A stretch of DNA of 63,342 nt, counting the filler, from Myxococcota bacterium (GTDB taxonomy: Bacteria > Myxococcota > Myxococcia > Myxococcales > Myxococcaceae): the NCBI GenBank assembly GCA_049322255.1. It is 3 parts of 3 records of this genome, joined end to end, with 100 filler letters (N's around TTAATTAATTAA, not from the genome) between each part and the next. Parts side by side here need not be neighbours in the genome. Positions count along the whole stretch, not along the records: positions 1 to 24,826 come from JBMORE010000058.1; positions 24,927 to 49,304 come from JBMORE010000060.1; 1 more part is not named here. One strand, written 5' to 3'. The notes under the pieces were generated by a model. The model was not told the DNA's origin, made no database searches, and was given only the letters and a program-made list of their open reading frames with translations. Below are positions 18,963 through 30,889 of this stretch, in pieces (position 1 is the stretch's first letter; every line of letters starts with the position of its first letter). A program made the translations under genes and the position numbers.

Positions 18963-19886
18963 CTACTCGCGCACCGGCACTTCCACCGTCAGCCCGTCGT
19001 GGGCCACCTCCACCGGTCCGTCGTATTCCTCCCGGGCTTGCGCCAAGAGCGGCGACGGATCGACGTCATGACGGCTGGAGAGATGGGTGAGAAAAAGGCG
19101 CTTTGCCTCCGCCTCACGCGCCACCCTGCCCGCCTCGCGCGCGGTGGAGTGCCGTGTCTCCAGCGCCCGCTCCTGCTCGTCGTCGGAGAAGGTCGACTCG
19201 TGAATCAGCACGTCGGCGCCGTGGGCCGCGGCCACCAGCGCGGCACAGGGACGAGTGTCTCCAGAGAGGGCCAGCTTGCGTCCGGGGCGCGACTTGCCCA
19301 GCACCTCCTCCGGCCTCACCACTCTGCCCGCCTTGGTGGTGACGCTCTCGCCCCGCTGCAGCTTGCCGAAGTCGGGCCCCTCCGCCACCCCCAGCTCGCG
19401 CGCGGCGTCCAAGTGGAAGCGCCCTGGGCGCTCCTCTTCCTCCAGCACGAAGGCAAGCGCGTTCACCCGGTGGTCCACCTGCACCGCCTTCACCGCGTAG
19501 CCATGGCGACGCACGCTGTCGCCCCCACGTAGCTCGACGATGTCCACCGGGAAAGGCAGCTGCTCCACCCCGAGATGAATAGCTGTGTGCAAGAGCCGCT
19601 TGGCCGGCGGCGGCCCGTGCAGGGTGAGCTTCTCCTCCCGGCCGGTCATGCCCAGGGTGCGCAAGAAACCGATGATTCCCAGGTAGTGGTCGGCGTGGAA
19701 GTGGGTGAAGAAGACGGCGTCGACGCTAAAGCCGGTGCCATAGCGAATCATCTGCCGCTGCGAGCCTTCGCCGCAGTCGAACAGAAGCAGGTCGGTGTCC
19801 GCCTTCACCGCCAGCCCGGAGAGGTTGCGGTGAATGGTCGGCTGCGCCGCGCTGGTTCCCAGGAAGGTCATCCTGAGAATGGACAT
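18963..19886 (-). CDS. rnz: Ribonuclease Z
   Basis: Motifs FLGTSAAQPT, FDCGEG, THFHADH, SGDTRP, IHESTF and LTHLSSR. Alternative ATG at 19901. Confidence 0.95.
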   Translation of the reverse strand: MSILRMTFLGTSAAQPTIHRNLSGLAVKADTDLLLFDCGEGSQRQMIRYGTGFSVDAVFFTHFHADHYLGIIGFLRTLGMTGREEKLTLHGPPPAKRLLHTAIHLGVEQLPFPVDIVELRGGDSVRRHGYAVKAVQVDHRVNALAFVLEEEERPGRFHLDAARELGVAEGPDFGKLQRGESVTTKAGRVVRPEEVLGKSRPGRKLALSGDTRPCAALVAAAHGADVLIHESTFSDDEQERALETRHSTAREAGRVAREAEAKRLFLTHLSSRHDVDPSPLLAQAREEYDGPVEVAHDGLTVEVPVRE

Positions 19887-19913
19887 GCCCGCGGAGCTCA
19901 TGGGTGCTTAACG

Positions 19914-19947
19914 CCCCTCACCCTTGCCCTCTCCCAGAGGGAGAGGG
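19914..19947. repeat. REP-like palindromic repeat
   Basis: CCCCTCACCCTTGCCCTCTCCCAGAGGGAGAGGG between hppA and rnz. Confidence 0.85.
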
Positions 19948-19950
19948 TTT

Positions 19951-22455
19951 CTAGGCGGCCTTGGCCTTCACCGCGTCGGGAGCGGCGTTCGCCTCGGCTC
20001 CCGACTCGATGCGCATGCCGTAGAACGAGCGGTAGACGAAAAAGGCCGAGGCGACCAGGAAGACGATGGTCAGCGCGCGCATCAGGCCGCCTTGCGTCTT
20101 GCCCAGCTCCACCGCCAGCTCCACCGCGAGCAGGCCGAAGAGGGTGGTGAACTTGATGACCGGGTTCATCGCCACGCTCGAGGTGTCTTTGAACGGGTCT
20201 CCCACGGTGTCGCCCACCACGGTGGCGGCGTGCAGCTCGGTGCCCTTGGCCTTGAGCTCGACCTCCACCAGCTTCTTGGCGTTGTCCCACGCGCCCCCGG
20301 CGTTGGCCATGAAGATGGCCTGGTAGAGCCCGAAGACGGCGATGGAGATGAGGTAGCCGATGAAGTACCACGGCTCGAGCAGCGCGAAACCCAAAGTGCC
20401 GAAGAAGATGGCGAGGAAGATGTTGAGCATTCCCTTCTGCGCGTACTGGGTGCAGATGGCCACCACCTTCTTCGAGTCCTCCACCGAGGCCTTCTCCACG
20501 CCCTCCAGCCGGATGTTCTTCTTGATGAATTCCACCGCCCGGTAGGCGCCGGTGGACACCGCCTGCATCGAGGCGCCGGCGAACCAGAAAATCATCGCTC
20601 CCCCGGTGACCAGCCCTAGCAAGAAGGGCGCGTGCATGAGGGAGAGCTTGTCCAAGTTCATCCGCAAGCCGTCGGTGAGCAGGAACATGATGGAGAAAAT
20701 CATCGTGGTGGCGCCCACCACCGCGGTGCCGATGAGCACCGGCTTGGCGGTGGCCTTGAAGGTGTTGCCGGCGCCGTCGTTTTCCTCGAGGAAGTGCTTG
20801 GCCTTCTCGAAGCTGGGCTCGAAGCCGAAGTCCTTCTTCACCTCGTCCTTCACGTTGGGGCGGGTCTCGATGAGCGAGAGCTCGAACACGCTCTGCGCGT
20901 TGTCGGTCACCGGCCCATAGGAGTCGACGGCGATGGTCACCGGCCCCATGCCGAGAAAGCCGAAGGCCACCAGCCCGAAAGCGAACACCGGCGAAGCATC
21001 GAGCGTGGTGCCGGGGATGGGGAAGAGCGCTCCTAGGCCCATGGTGGAGATGTAGTAGGCCAGCCCCATCAGCCCGACGATGACCATGCCCATCCAGTAG
21101 GCGGAGAAGTTGCCCGCCACCAGCCCGGAGATGACGTTGAGCGAGGCGCCGCCCTCGCGCGAGCTGATGACGACCTCTTTGACGTGCTTGCTCTCGGTGG
21201 AGGTGAAGACCTTCACCACCTCGGGGATGATCGCCCCCGCCAGGGTGCCACAGCTGATGATGGTGGAGAGCTTCCACCACAGGGTGCCGTCCCCCAGCCC
21301 GCCGATGAGCAGCTTGGAGACGACGAAGGTGAGCGCCACCGAAACCACGGAGGTGAGCCACACCAGCACGGTGAGAGGCGCCTCGAAGTTCATCTTGTCG
21401 GCCTGGGCGTACTTGGCGCGGGCCACCGCCTGGTTGATGAGGTAGCTGCCCAGCGAGGCGAGCACCATGATGATGCGCATCATGAAAATCCACACCAAGA
21501 GCTGCACCTGGACGTTGGCCTCGGGCGCGGCGAGGAGGATGAAGACGATGAGCGCCACCCCGGTGACCCCGTAGGTCTCGAAGCCGTCGGCGGAGGGGCC
21601 CACCGAGTCGCCCGCGTTGTCGCCGGTGCAGTCGGCGATGACGCCAGGGTTACGCGCGTCGTCTTCCTTGATTTTGAAGACAATCTTCATCAAGTCGGAG
21701 CCGATGTCGGCAATCTTGGTGAAGATGCCGCCGGCGATACGCAGCGCCGAGGCGCCCAAGGATTCGCCGATGGCGAAGCCGATGAAGCAGGCGCCGGCGA
21801 TTTGCCGCGGCAAGAAGAGCAAGATGCCGAGCATCATCAAAAGCTCGATGGAGATGAGCACCATGCCGATACTCATCCCCGCCTGTAGGGGAATGGCGTA
21901 GGTGGGGTAGGGCTTGCCCTTGAGCGCGGCGAAGCTGGCGCGCGAGTTGGCGAAGCAGTTCACCCGCATACCGAACCAGGCCACGAAGACCGAGCCGGCG
22001 ATGCCAATCAAGCTGAAGAGGAGGATGATGAAGACTTTGACCGGGGTGGAGATGGGCGTCAGCCCCTCGGGGAGCGCGGCGGTGGAGTGGGAGAGGAAGC
22101 CGAAGTACACCACCATGATGGCGCCGATCAGCACCTCCAGCGCAAGGATGAACTTGAGCTGAGTCATGAGGTATGTCTTGCAGGTGGCGTAGATGAGCTC
22201 GGAGATGTCGAGCATCGCCTTGTGCACCGGCAGGTTCTTGAGCTGCATGTACTGCACCAGCCCGAACACCATGCCCAAAACACTCACCGCGATGCCGCTC
22301 ATCAAGAGGGTGCGGCCGTTGGCGGCGCCGTCGAGGAAGGTGACCGAGTCGAGCGCCGGCAGAACGATGTCCGCCTCCGACGCCCAGGCCGAAACGCCCA
22401 ACAGCGCTACGCCCACGCCTGCGGCGCGGTGAAAGAAGGTTCGCAAGGACTTCAT
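19951..22455 (-). CDS. hppA: Membrane-bound H+-translocating pyrophosphatase, K+-independent type
   Basis: Motifs GGIFTKIADIGSDL, EDDARNPGVIADCTGDNAGD, GNTFKA and GDTVGDPFKDT. Confidence 0.95.
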   Translation of the reverse strand: MKSLRTFFHRAAGVGVALLGVSAWASEADIVLPALDSVTFLDGAANGRTLLMSGIAVSVLGMVFGLVQYMQLKNLPVHKAMLDISELIYATCKTYLMTQLKFILALEVLIGAIMVVYFGFLSHSTAALPEGLTPISTPVKVFIILLFSLIGIAGSVFVAWFGMRVNCFANSRASFAALKGKPYPTYAIPLQAGMSIGMVLISIELLMMLGILLFLPRQIAGACFIGFAIGESLGASALRIAGGIFTKIADIGSDLMKIVFKIKEDDARNPGVIADCTGDNAGDSVGPSADGFETYGVTGVALIVFILLAAPEANVQVQLLVWIFMMRIIMVLASLGSYLINQAVARAKYAQADKMNFEAPLTVLVWLTSVVSVALTFVVSKLLIGGLGDGTLWWKLSTIISCGTLAGAIIPEVVKVFTSTESKHVKEVVISSREGGASLNVISGLVAGNFSAYWMGMVIVGLMGLAYYISTMGLGALFPIPGTTLDASPVFAFGLVAFGFLGMGPVTIAVDSYGPVTDNAQSVFELSLIETRPNVKDEVKKDFGFEPSFEKAKHFLEENDGAGNTFKATAKPVLIGTAVVGATTMIFSIMFLLTDGLRMNLDKLSLMHAPFLLGLVTGGAMIFWFAGASMQAVSTGAYRAVEFIKKNIRLEGVEKASVEDSKKVVAICTQYAQKGMLNIFLAIFFGTLGFALLEPWYFIGYLISIAVFGLYQAIFMANAGGAWDNAKKLVEVELKAKGTELHAATVVGDTVGDPFKDTSSVAMNPVIKFTTLFGLLAVELAVELGKTQGGLMRALTIVFLVASAFFVYRSFYGMRIESGAEANAAPDAVKAKAA

Positions 22456-22570
22456 GGCTGGCTCCGTGCTGGAAAAGGCCGCCCTCCCTAGCAGGAAAGG
22501 GCGCGAAACGTAAGCGAAAGCATGCTTTCGGCGCTCCCGTTCGCCCGCTGCAGGTTACTTTTCACTGCGC

Positions 22571-23148
22571 ATGGCCGAGCTCGAACAACTGCCGGACTGG
22601 GAGCGACTCCTCGCCGCCGAGCGCCACGTCCAAGCCCTCGTCCCGGGCTCGATTTTGGTCGGAGGCACCGCGGCCGCCTTGCACGCGCGCCACCGGCTGA
22701 GCGTCGACGGAGACCACGTCTTGGCGGACCTCAAGCCTCGCTATGACGAGGTTTTGGCATCCCTCGAAGCGGTCGCCGGCTGGAAGACCGAGCGTACCCA
22801 GCGACCTGTCCCCATTCTCGGATCGTTGAATGGCGTCCTCACGGGTATCCGCCAACTGCGCCGGGTGGCTCCACTGGAAACGGAGCTCATCGAAGGGCTG
22901 CGCGTCCCCACGCTGGCGGAGATGGCGCGGATCAAGGCTTGGCTCCTCGCCACTCGGCATACTGTTCGCGACTACTGTCCGAAGTCGCTGAGCGCCTCGC
23001 CGCCGCCCAACCGAGTGACTTGGCGAATGTAGATCTGCGAACCTACAAGGGATTGGTTGCACCGTGGAACGACTGGAACCACGTCGCAGGCCGCGGCCGA
23101 GAATGGGCCAAGCTCCTTGCTCAGCTGGTGCTGGAGGGCCCACCATGA
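22571..23148 (+). pseudogene. Frameshifted AbiEii-like nucleotidyltransferase
   Basis: LVGGTAAALHARHRLSVDGDH...K...R...RDY, then a frame change near 22975. The protein-like continuation LSEVAERLAAAQPSDL... ends at 23148, overlapping the next ATG. Confidence 0.7.
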
Positions 23149-23426
23149 GCTCGTTGTCGCACTCGCGGGCGTTGTGGAACCGATCGGCGCTGGATTTGAC
23201 GAGCGACGAGATGTTGGCGCAAATCCTCGACCGAGGCTCGATGGAGGACTGGCGCGAGCTGTACCTTCTGGCGAAGACCAACGTGGTACTTCGTCATCGC
23301 ATCGCGGAGCTCGTCTTGCGCGTGCCGGTGCCCCTGCCGCGCTTCTGGTTGGCTGCGATGGGCAGCCTGGGTGAGCCGGTGGACTTGAGCACCCCGGTTC
23401 CCGACTACGCCGAACAGGGCGTCTGA
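23145..23426 (+). CDS. Small partner protein of the nucleotidyltransferase (putative antitoxin)
   Basis: ATGA overlap; sequence RALWN...LAQILDRGSMEDWRELY. Confidence 0.7.
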   Translation: MSSLSHSRALWNRSALDLTSDEMLAQILDRGSMEDWRELYLLAKTNVVLRHRIAELVLRVPVPLPRFWLAAMGSLGEPVDLSTPVPDYAEQGV

Positions 23427-23432
23427 CGCAGG

Positions 23433-24773
23433 TCAGAGAAAGAAGAGGAACGCCAGGCTCACCAGCGGCACGTAGGCGAGGAAGGCGAGCAACAGAAACC
23501 CGAGCACGTCCTTGAACTCCAGCTTGGCCACCGAGAGCAAAGGCAGGGCCCAGAAAGGCTGGATGAGGTCGGTGGCCATGTCTCCCCACGCGTAGGCGAG
23601 CACCACCTTGTCCGGCTTCACGTTCAGCTTCGATGCCGCCTCGAGCAAATAGGGCGCCTCAATGGCCCACTTCGAGCCTCCGGAGGGCACGAAGTAGTTC
23701 ACCACCCCGCTGTACCAGTACACCACCGCGGGGAAAGTGCGTTCGCTGGAGAGAGAGACGAAGAGCTCGCCGATGGCTTCGGTCAGCCCGGTGGAGCGGA
23801 ACACCCCGTAGATGCCGGCGTAGAGCGGAAACTGGAGGACGATGCCCGAGAGCACACTGGCCGCCTCTTCGGAGGCGCGCAACAACGCCGCAGGCGAGCG
23901 ATGCAGGAGGACTGCCAAGGTGAGAAAGAGGAAGTTCACCGTGTTGATGTTCAGCTTCTGCCAGCCTCCCGCCCACAGCGCCGGTACCAGCCAGAGAAGA
24001 CCCAGCGCTCCGAAGATGAGGTTGAGCGCGCGCGCGTGGTCGAGCCAGCCGGCGAGGGAGGAGTCGGCGGGCTTGGGCGGGCCGAAAGGCTCTTCCAGCT
24101 TGTCGAGGAGCGCGGGCTCGATACGCACCGTCTTGTCCGCCGGCGGGTGCATCGCCCAGGCGAGGAAAGTGAGCAGCGCCATCACCGCGAGAAGCAACCC
24201 CAGGTTGAACGCCGAGAAGAGCGTCTGGTCGATGGGAAGCAGGCCCAGCTTCCCTTCCAGGAAGTGCTTGGGAGTGGCGACCAGGAGGGGCGCCGACGCC
24301 GAGAGGCCCGAATGCCAGGTGGCGCCCAACCCGAAGTAGGCGCAGGCCACCAGGAGCCGGTAGTCCACCTGTGGCTGACGCTTGACGATGAAGCGCACCA
24401 GCATCGCCGAGGCGACGATGGACAGGCCCCAGTTGACGTAGGCCAGCGCCATCGAGGCGAACGCCATCAGCGCCACCGCGGCGCGCGGCGACTTCGCCAG
24501 CGAAGCCACCGCCTCGAGCAGCTTTCGCACCGGGTGGGTGAGCGCGAGCAAATAGCCGGTGAACATCACCAGCGCCATCTGCATGGAGAAGGTGAGCAGC
24601 TCCCAGAAACCGTCGCCCCAGCCCTTCACCACCGACGTGGGCGAAGCGCCCGTCCAGCCGATGGCCAGAGCGAAGGTGGACAGGGTGAGCAGCACCGCGA
24701 TGGAGAAAGCAGATGGGACGAAGCGCGCGGTGATGCGACCCAAGCCGTCGGCGATGCGTACCAGCTGATTCAC
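23433..24773 (-). CDS. atoE: Short-chain fatty acid transporter (AtoE family)
   Basis: Motifs WGDGFWELLTFSMQM, WHSGLSASAPL, QFPLYAGI, NYFVPSGGSKW and QPFWALP. Confidence 0.92.
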   Translation of the reverse strand: MNQLVRIADGLGRITARFVPSAFSIAVLLTLSTFALAIGWTGASPTSVVKGWGDGFWELLTFSMQMALVMFTGYLLALTHPVRKLLEAVASLAKSPRAAVALMAFASMALAYVNWGLSIVASAMLVRFIVKRQPQVDYRLLVACAYFGLGATWHSGLSASAPLLVATPKHFLEGKLGLLPIDQTLFSAFNLGLLLAVMALLTFLAWAMHPPADKTVRIEPALLDKLEEPFGPPKPADSSLAGWLDHARALNLIFGALGLLWLVPALWAGGWQKLNINTVNFLFLTLAVLLHRSPAALLRASEEAASVLSGIVLQFPLYAGIYGVFRSTGLTEAIGELFVSLSSERTFPAVVYWYSGVVNYFVPSGGSKWAIEAPYLLEAASKLNVKPDKVVLAYAWGDMATDLIQPFWALPLLSVAKLEFKDVLGFLLLAFLAYVPLVSLAFLFFL

Positions 24774-24826
24774 GCCGCCGTATGTCGAGCGCCGAGCCGG
24801 GCGACGTCAAGCGCCAAGTGCCAGCC

Positions 24827-24926
24827 NNNNNNNNNNNNNNNNNNNNNNNNNNNNNNNNNNNNNNNNNNNNTTAATTAATTAANNNNNNNNNNNNNNNNNN
24901 NNNNNNNNNNNNNNNNNNNNNNNNNN
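24827..24926. other. Artificial contig spacer
   Basis: 100 nt of N containing TTAATTAATTAA (stops in all six frames). Confidence 0.98.
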
Positions 24927-24980
24927 CGCGGTGGACGAGAAAAAGCCAAGGAAACAGGGCACCTGCGGAAACCATTGGCC

Positions 24981-24996
24981 TGGTCCAGCTGTTGCT
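24981..24996 (+). promoter_or_regulatory. Candidate sigma54 (-24/-12) promoter
   Basis: TGGTCCAGCTGTTGCT has GG-N10-GC spacing and ends 21 nt before the kinase ATG. The operon encodes a sigma54 activator. Confidence 0.55.
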
Positions 24997-25017
24997 GAAG
25001 AGCTTCAGCCGCCCCTC

Positions 25018-26465
25018 ATGAAACTCTGGTCTGGCACCACTCGCCGCTTGTTCTTCGCCTTCGCGCCGCTCGTGCTCTTCTTCGCCGTGGCGTCCTACGC
25101 GGCGTTGGCCGGCATCGCCCAGATGCACGACGCCGTTCACGCGGTGAATCGGCATGAGGAAGGCGTTCGGTTGGCGCTCGAGCTGGCGAGCGCCGTGCGC
25201 GACCAGTACGCCCACCAGGCACACACCATCATCATCGGGGACAAGAGCCACCTGGGCTTCTACGAGAAGGCCCAGCAGCGCGTGCTCCGGCTCACCGCCC
25301 AGGTCGACGAGCACGCCCAAGACCCCGAAGCGCATGCGTGGGTTTTGGACATCGAGCGGACGAGCCAAGCAATCGACCGCCTCTTCCGCGGCCAGATTCT
25401 CCCCGCCGTCCTCGCGCACGACACGCCCAGGGTGCAGGCGGAGCACGCGCGGGCCCAGGAGCTGGTGTCCTTCGTCCAGGACCGAGCCGATCGCCTCGTG
25501 GGGCGCTTCGAAGAGTCCATGGGCGACTTCGAGGAGCACGCAGGGGTCGTCCAGCACGCGACCTTCCGGTGGATGTTCGCCGGGCTTTTGGCCGCAACGC
25601 TGTTTGCGGTCGGGGTCGCGCTCTACATCGGTCGGTCCATCGCCCGCCCTCTGGCCAAGCTCGAGGAAGGGGCGGCGCGGCTGGCGGCGGGTGACCTCGA
25701 CACCCGCATTCACATCGATGCGCCCGATGAGTTTGGCCGCCTCGCCTCCCAGTTCAACGCCATGACCGCAGCCATCAAGGAGCATCAAGAGCAGCTGGTG
25801 CAGAGCGAGAAGCTCGCCGGCATCGGCCGCCTCGCCGCCGGCGTCGCGCACGAAATCAACAACCCGCTGGGGGTCATTCTCGGCTACGTCCGCGTCCTTC
25901 GAAAAAAGGCGCAAGGCTCGCTGGCGGAGGACCTCGAGGTCATCGAAGACGAGGCGGTCAGGTGTCAGGAAATCGTCGATGGCCTGCTCGCCCTGTCGCG
26001 TCCGGCGAGCGCGTCGGGCGGCCCGGTCAATCTCCGAGAGCTCTGCGATGAGGTGGTGGCGCGCCTGCGAGAAGCCGGTCACTTCTCCGAGGTGAGCATC
26101 ACCGTCGAGGGAGCCGGCATCGTCGAGGGGCAGGGACCAAGGCTCCGTCAAGTGGTGCTCAACCTGGTCAAGAATGCAGCGGAGGCGGCGGGACCCGGAG
26201 GGACGGTGGGTGTGCAGGTCGCGCCGACGGATGGAGGACAGGTTTGCCTTTCGGTCACCGACACTGGCCCAGGAGTGCCGGCCGAGAGCCGCGAACGGCT
26301 GTTCGAGCCCTTTTTCACCACTAAACCGGCCGGGACTGGCCTCGGGCTGGCCGTGTCGCAGGCCATCGCTCAGGCCCACGGCGGCAGCATCGAGCTCGGT
26401 GCACAGGAGGCGAAGGGAGCCACCTTCACCCTGCGGCTGCCGAGGTTTGAGCAGGTGAGCGCCTG

Positions 26466-26466
<1 letters not shown>
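25018..26466 (+). CDS. HAMP-domain sensor histidine kinase
   Basis: Two TM helices, His-rich periplasmic domain, HAMP, H-box AHEINNPL, N-box NLVKNA, and G boxes DTGPG / GTGLGL. Confidence 0.95.
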
Positions 26467-27865
<1,399 letters not shown>

Positions 27866-27866
<1 letters not shown>

Positions 27867-29122
27867 TGCGGACGGTGACGTTTCTCATCGGCGTTCTTCC
27901 CGGCTTGGCCCTCGCCGACCAGGCTGTCTTCGTCACTCGCGCGCAGTTGGTGCGTGAAGCGCTCGAGCGGAACGCCGAGGTGCGCGCTGGGCGTGAGCAA
28001 ATCGGGTTCTCCGAGGCCGACCTTCTCGAGGCGAGCCGACTTCTCATCTCCAATCCCACCGTCGATGGCGAGTACGGGAGCGACGCCCTGTTTGCCCGCG
28101 AAGGGGAAAGGCGAGCGGGCGCAGGCGTGTCCCAAGAATTCGAAATCGGCTTCCAACGCGGGCTCCGAAAGGAGCGAGCGGGCTTGAAGCTCGAGGAAGC
28201 CCGGGCCCGGCTGCGGGACCTCGAGCTGCGCGTGGCGCGCGACGCGTCCGACGCCTATTTCGCCCTCTGGCGTGCCGACCGCCTTCGCGCCCTCGCCCGA
28301 AACGCACGGGAGGTCAACCTCTCGCTTGAGCGCGCCGCCGAGTCACGCTTTCGGGCCGGTGACATCGCCGAGCTCGAGCGGAACGTGGTGGAGGTCGACG
28401 TCGCCCGTGCGGAGGCAGCAGCCGCCGCCGCGGAGGCCGAGTGGCTGCGCGCCCAAGCGGAGGTCAATCGACTGACCGGGAGGCCCATCGAAACCGAGCT
28501 CCAGCTCGCCGAGGAGCCACTTCCGCCGCTCCCTGCGACAGAAGTCACGGCGCTGTTGGAGGCGGCGAGCGAGCACCGGGCAGACCTGGTTGCGGCGCGG
28601 CTTGCCGAGGATGCGGCAGCAGCCGAAGTGAGTCTGCGTTACCGCGAGCTCATTCCCAATCCGACCTTCTCGGTGGCGTACGAAGTGGAAAACGCCTTCA
28701 TCGACAGCCTCGCCGACGTCGATCGGCTCGTCTTTGCCAAACTCTCCTTCCCCATTCCTCTGTGGGACAGGAAACAAGGCGAAATTCGGCGTGCGAAAGC
28801 GGCTCGGGGTGTCGCTGCGGCGGAACGCGAAGGCGTCGAGCGACTCGTGGCCACAGAGGTGCGCAGCGCTCTGGGTTTCGCTCAGGGTGCCAAGCGCGCT
28901 CTCGATGCCTACGAAGCAACGCTGCCGAGGGTCGAGCGTAATCTCACCCTGCTCGAGCAGGCCTACCAAGCGGGGCAGGTCGACTTGTCCGAGCTGCTTG
29001 CGGCGAAGGACCGCGCTTTCGCCACCCGCCGTGAACACATCGAAGCCCTGGCGAGCTACGGGCGCTCGGTCGACGAGCTTTTGCGCGCTACCGGCCGACT
29101 CCCCACCGAGGCCTTCCCATGA
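27866..29122 (+). CDS. czcC: TolC/CzcC family outer-membrane efflux protein
   Basis: OEP repeats (SFPIPLWDRKQGEI, AYQAGQVDLSELL) upstream of the MFP and RND genes. Confidence 0.88.
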
Positions 29123-29694
29123 CGCGAACATCTGTAGTGTTGGCATTGTCCTTACTTCTCCCTCCGGCGGCCGTTCTCGCCCACGGTGGGGAAGACCACG
29201 GCGAGAAGAAACCCACCGTCAGCGTCGGTGAAAAGGCGCCCTCCGCCGGGGGAGCAGGTGACTTGTTCGAGGTGCTCGTCAAGTACAAGCCCACTCCAGC
29301 CGGCGAGGCGACCGAGCTCAAGGTCTTCGTCGCCGACGTCAAAACCAACGAGCCCATCTCCGGCGCGGAGGTGGAGCTCACCTTCACCGGGAAGGGTGAG
29401 CTCAGGGCCACCCCGACCTCCACCGACAGCCCTGGAATCTATCTGGCGTCGGTGACCTTCCCGGCGGACGGCGAGCTCGACGCGGTCGTCTCGGTGAGTC
29501 GTGGCGAAGAGGCTGATCTCATTACGCTGGGCACGGTTCGAGCCGGAGTCCCACCCGAGGCCGTCGCACCGCATGAGCACCCTGGCTCCGGATGGTGGAT
29601 GACGTTGGCAGGTGTGGGCGTCGCACTCGTCGTCGGCATCACCTTCGTGCTGCTTCGCACCCGGCGCCGGCCGCGGGAGGTGCCCTATGCCTAA
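29119..29694 (+). CDS. Exported YtkA/Ig-like protein with N-terminal HGGEDHG and C-terminal TM anchor
   Basis: Signal peptide VLA-HGGEDHG; beta-rich core with PGIY; HEH linker; TM followed by RTRRR. Confidence 0.75.
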   Translation: MTRTSVVLALSLLLPPAAVLAHGGEDHGEKKPTVSVGEKAPSAGGAGDLFEVLVKYKPTPAGEATELKVFVADVKTNEPISGAEVELTFTGKGELRATPTSTDSPGIYLASVTFPADGELDAVVSVSRGEEADLITLGTVRAGVPPEAVAPHEHPGSGWWMTLAGVGVALVVGITFVLLRTRRRPREVPYA

Positions 29695-30865
29695 CTTCTC
29701 GCGGCTCGTTCTTCTGGTCGTGCTCGCCGGAGCGCCGGCCGTCGTTTTCGCCCACGGCGGTGAGGACCATGGAGACAAACCAAAAGCCCAGCCGGCTCCG
29801 GCGGTCGGTGACGCCATCCACTTTCCGAAAGAAGCTCAGTTTCTTTTGGGCGTACGCACCGAGCCGGTCGCCGTTCGACAGATTGAAACGAGGCTCGTCG
29901 TGCCCGGAAAGGTCGTGCCGCGCACCGACAAGCACGCTCAGGTGTTCCCTCCCGTGGCCGGCCGGGTCCTCGCTCCGAATTCGCGACTGCCCCTGGTCGG
30001 TGAGCGCGTGAAGAGAGGCCAGCTCCTCGCCATCCTCGAACAAAGCCTCTCCGCTCCGGAAAGCACCCAGCTGGTCACCGAGCGCATCAAGGCCGAGACG
30101 ACTGTTTCGCAGGCCAAGGCCGCGCTCGAACAGGCAAGGCGCGACCTGGAGCGGGTGAAGTCCCTCGCGGGAGTGGTCGCCGAGAAGGAGGTTCAGAAGG
30201 CCGAGCTCGCGGTCAAAGTCGCGGAGCAGGAGCTCGAGCGGGCGGTGCAGGAGCGAAACCTCTACACCGGTGCTGGACCCGGTACGGGGGGAAGGCTCAC
30301 CCAGTTCCGGCTGGTCGCACCGCTCGACGGAGTCCTGGTCGAGGCGCACGCCACCGTCGGGGAGCAGGTCGATCCGTCGAGGGTCCTCTTCACGGTGCTC
30401 GACGCCTCCGTCGTCTGGGTCGAAGCGAACGTCTTCGCCGATGACGTGGCCCAAGTCGAACGTGCGGCCGAGGCGCTGATTCACGTCGAGGCCTATCCGG
30501 ACCAATACTTCCCGGCTCGCCTCTTCAACTTGAGCCAGCTCGTCGACGAGAGCACCAGAACGGTGAAGGCCATCTTCGAAGTGCCCAATGGCGACCGAAA
30601 GCTGCGGCCGGGCATGTTCGCCGAAGTGGCCATCGGGGCCGGCGCTCGGGAAGAAACCCTCGCCGTTCCCGATGCGGCCATCGTCCAGCTGGAAGGCCGC
30701 AAGGTGGTGTACGTCCATACGGCGCCGGAGGAGTTCGTCGCTCGCGACGTTTCCTTGGGCGCCAAAGACGGTGCGTACCACGCGTTGAAGCAGGGCCTCG
30801 AGGAGGGCGCGCGCGTCGTCACCGTCGGCACCTTCCACCTTCGTTCCGCCGGAGGCGGGCGATGA
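29687..30865 (+). CDS. czcB: RND efflux periplasmic adaptor (CzcB/CusB-like)
   Basis: Signal VFA-HGGEDHG; motifs GERVKRGQLL, APLDG, VDESTRT and LRPGMF. Confidence 0.92.
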   Translation: MPNFSRLVLLVVLAGAPAVVFAHGGEDHGDKPKAQPAPAVGDAIHFPKEAQFLLGVRTEPVAVRQIETRLVVPGKVVPRTDKHAQVFPPVAGRVLAPNSRLPLVGERVKRGQLLAILEQSLSAPESTQLVTERIKAETTVSQAKAALEQARRDLERVKSLAGVVAEKEVQKAELAVKVAEQELERAVQERNLYTGAGPGTGGRLTQFRLVAPLDGVLVEAHATVGEQVDPSRVLFTVLDASVVWVEANVFADDVAQVERAAEALIHVEAYPDQYFPARLFNLSQLVDESTRTVKAIFEVPNGDRKLRPGMFAEVAIGAGAREETLAVPDAAIVQLEGRKVVYVHTAPEEFVARDVSLGAKDGAYHALKQGLEEGARVVTVGTFHLRSAGGGR

Positions 30866-30889
30866 GTCGGCGCACGTTCGAGAGCCCCG

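Noticed and set aside
24827..24926. TTAATTAATTAA palindrome inside N runs (also 49305-49404)
   Set aside because: Artificial concatenation linker; it also means synteny across it cannot be used.
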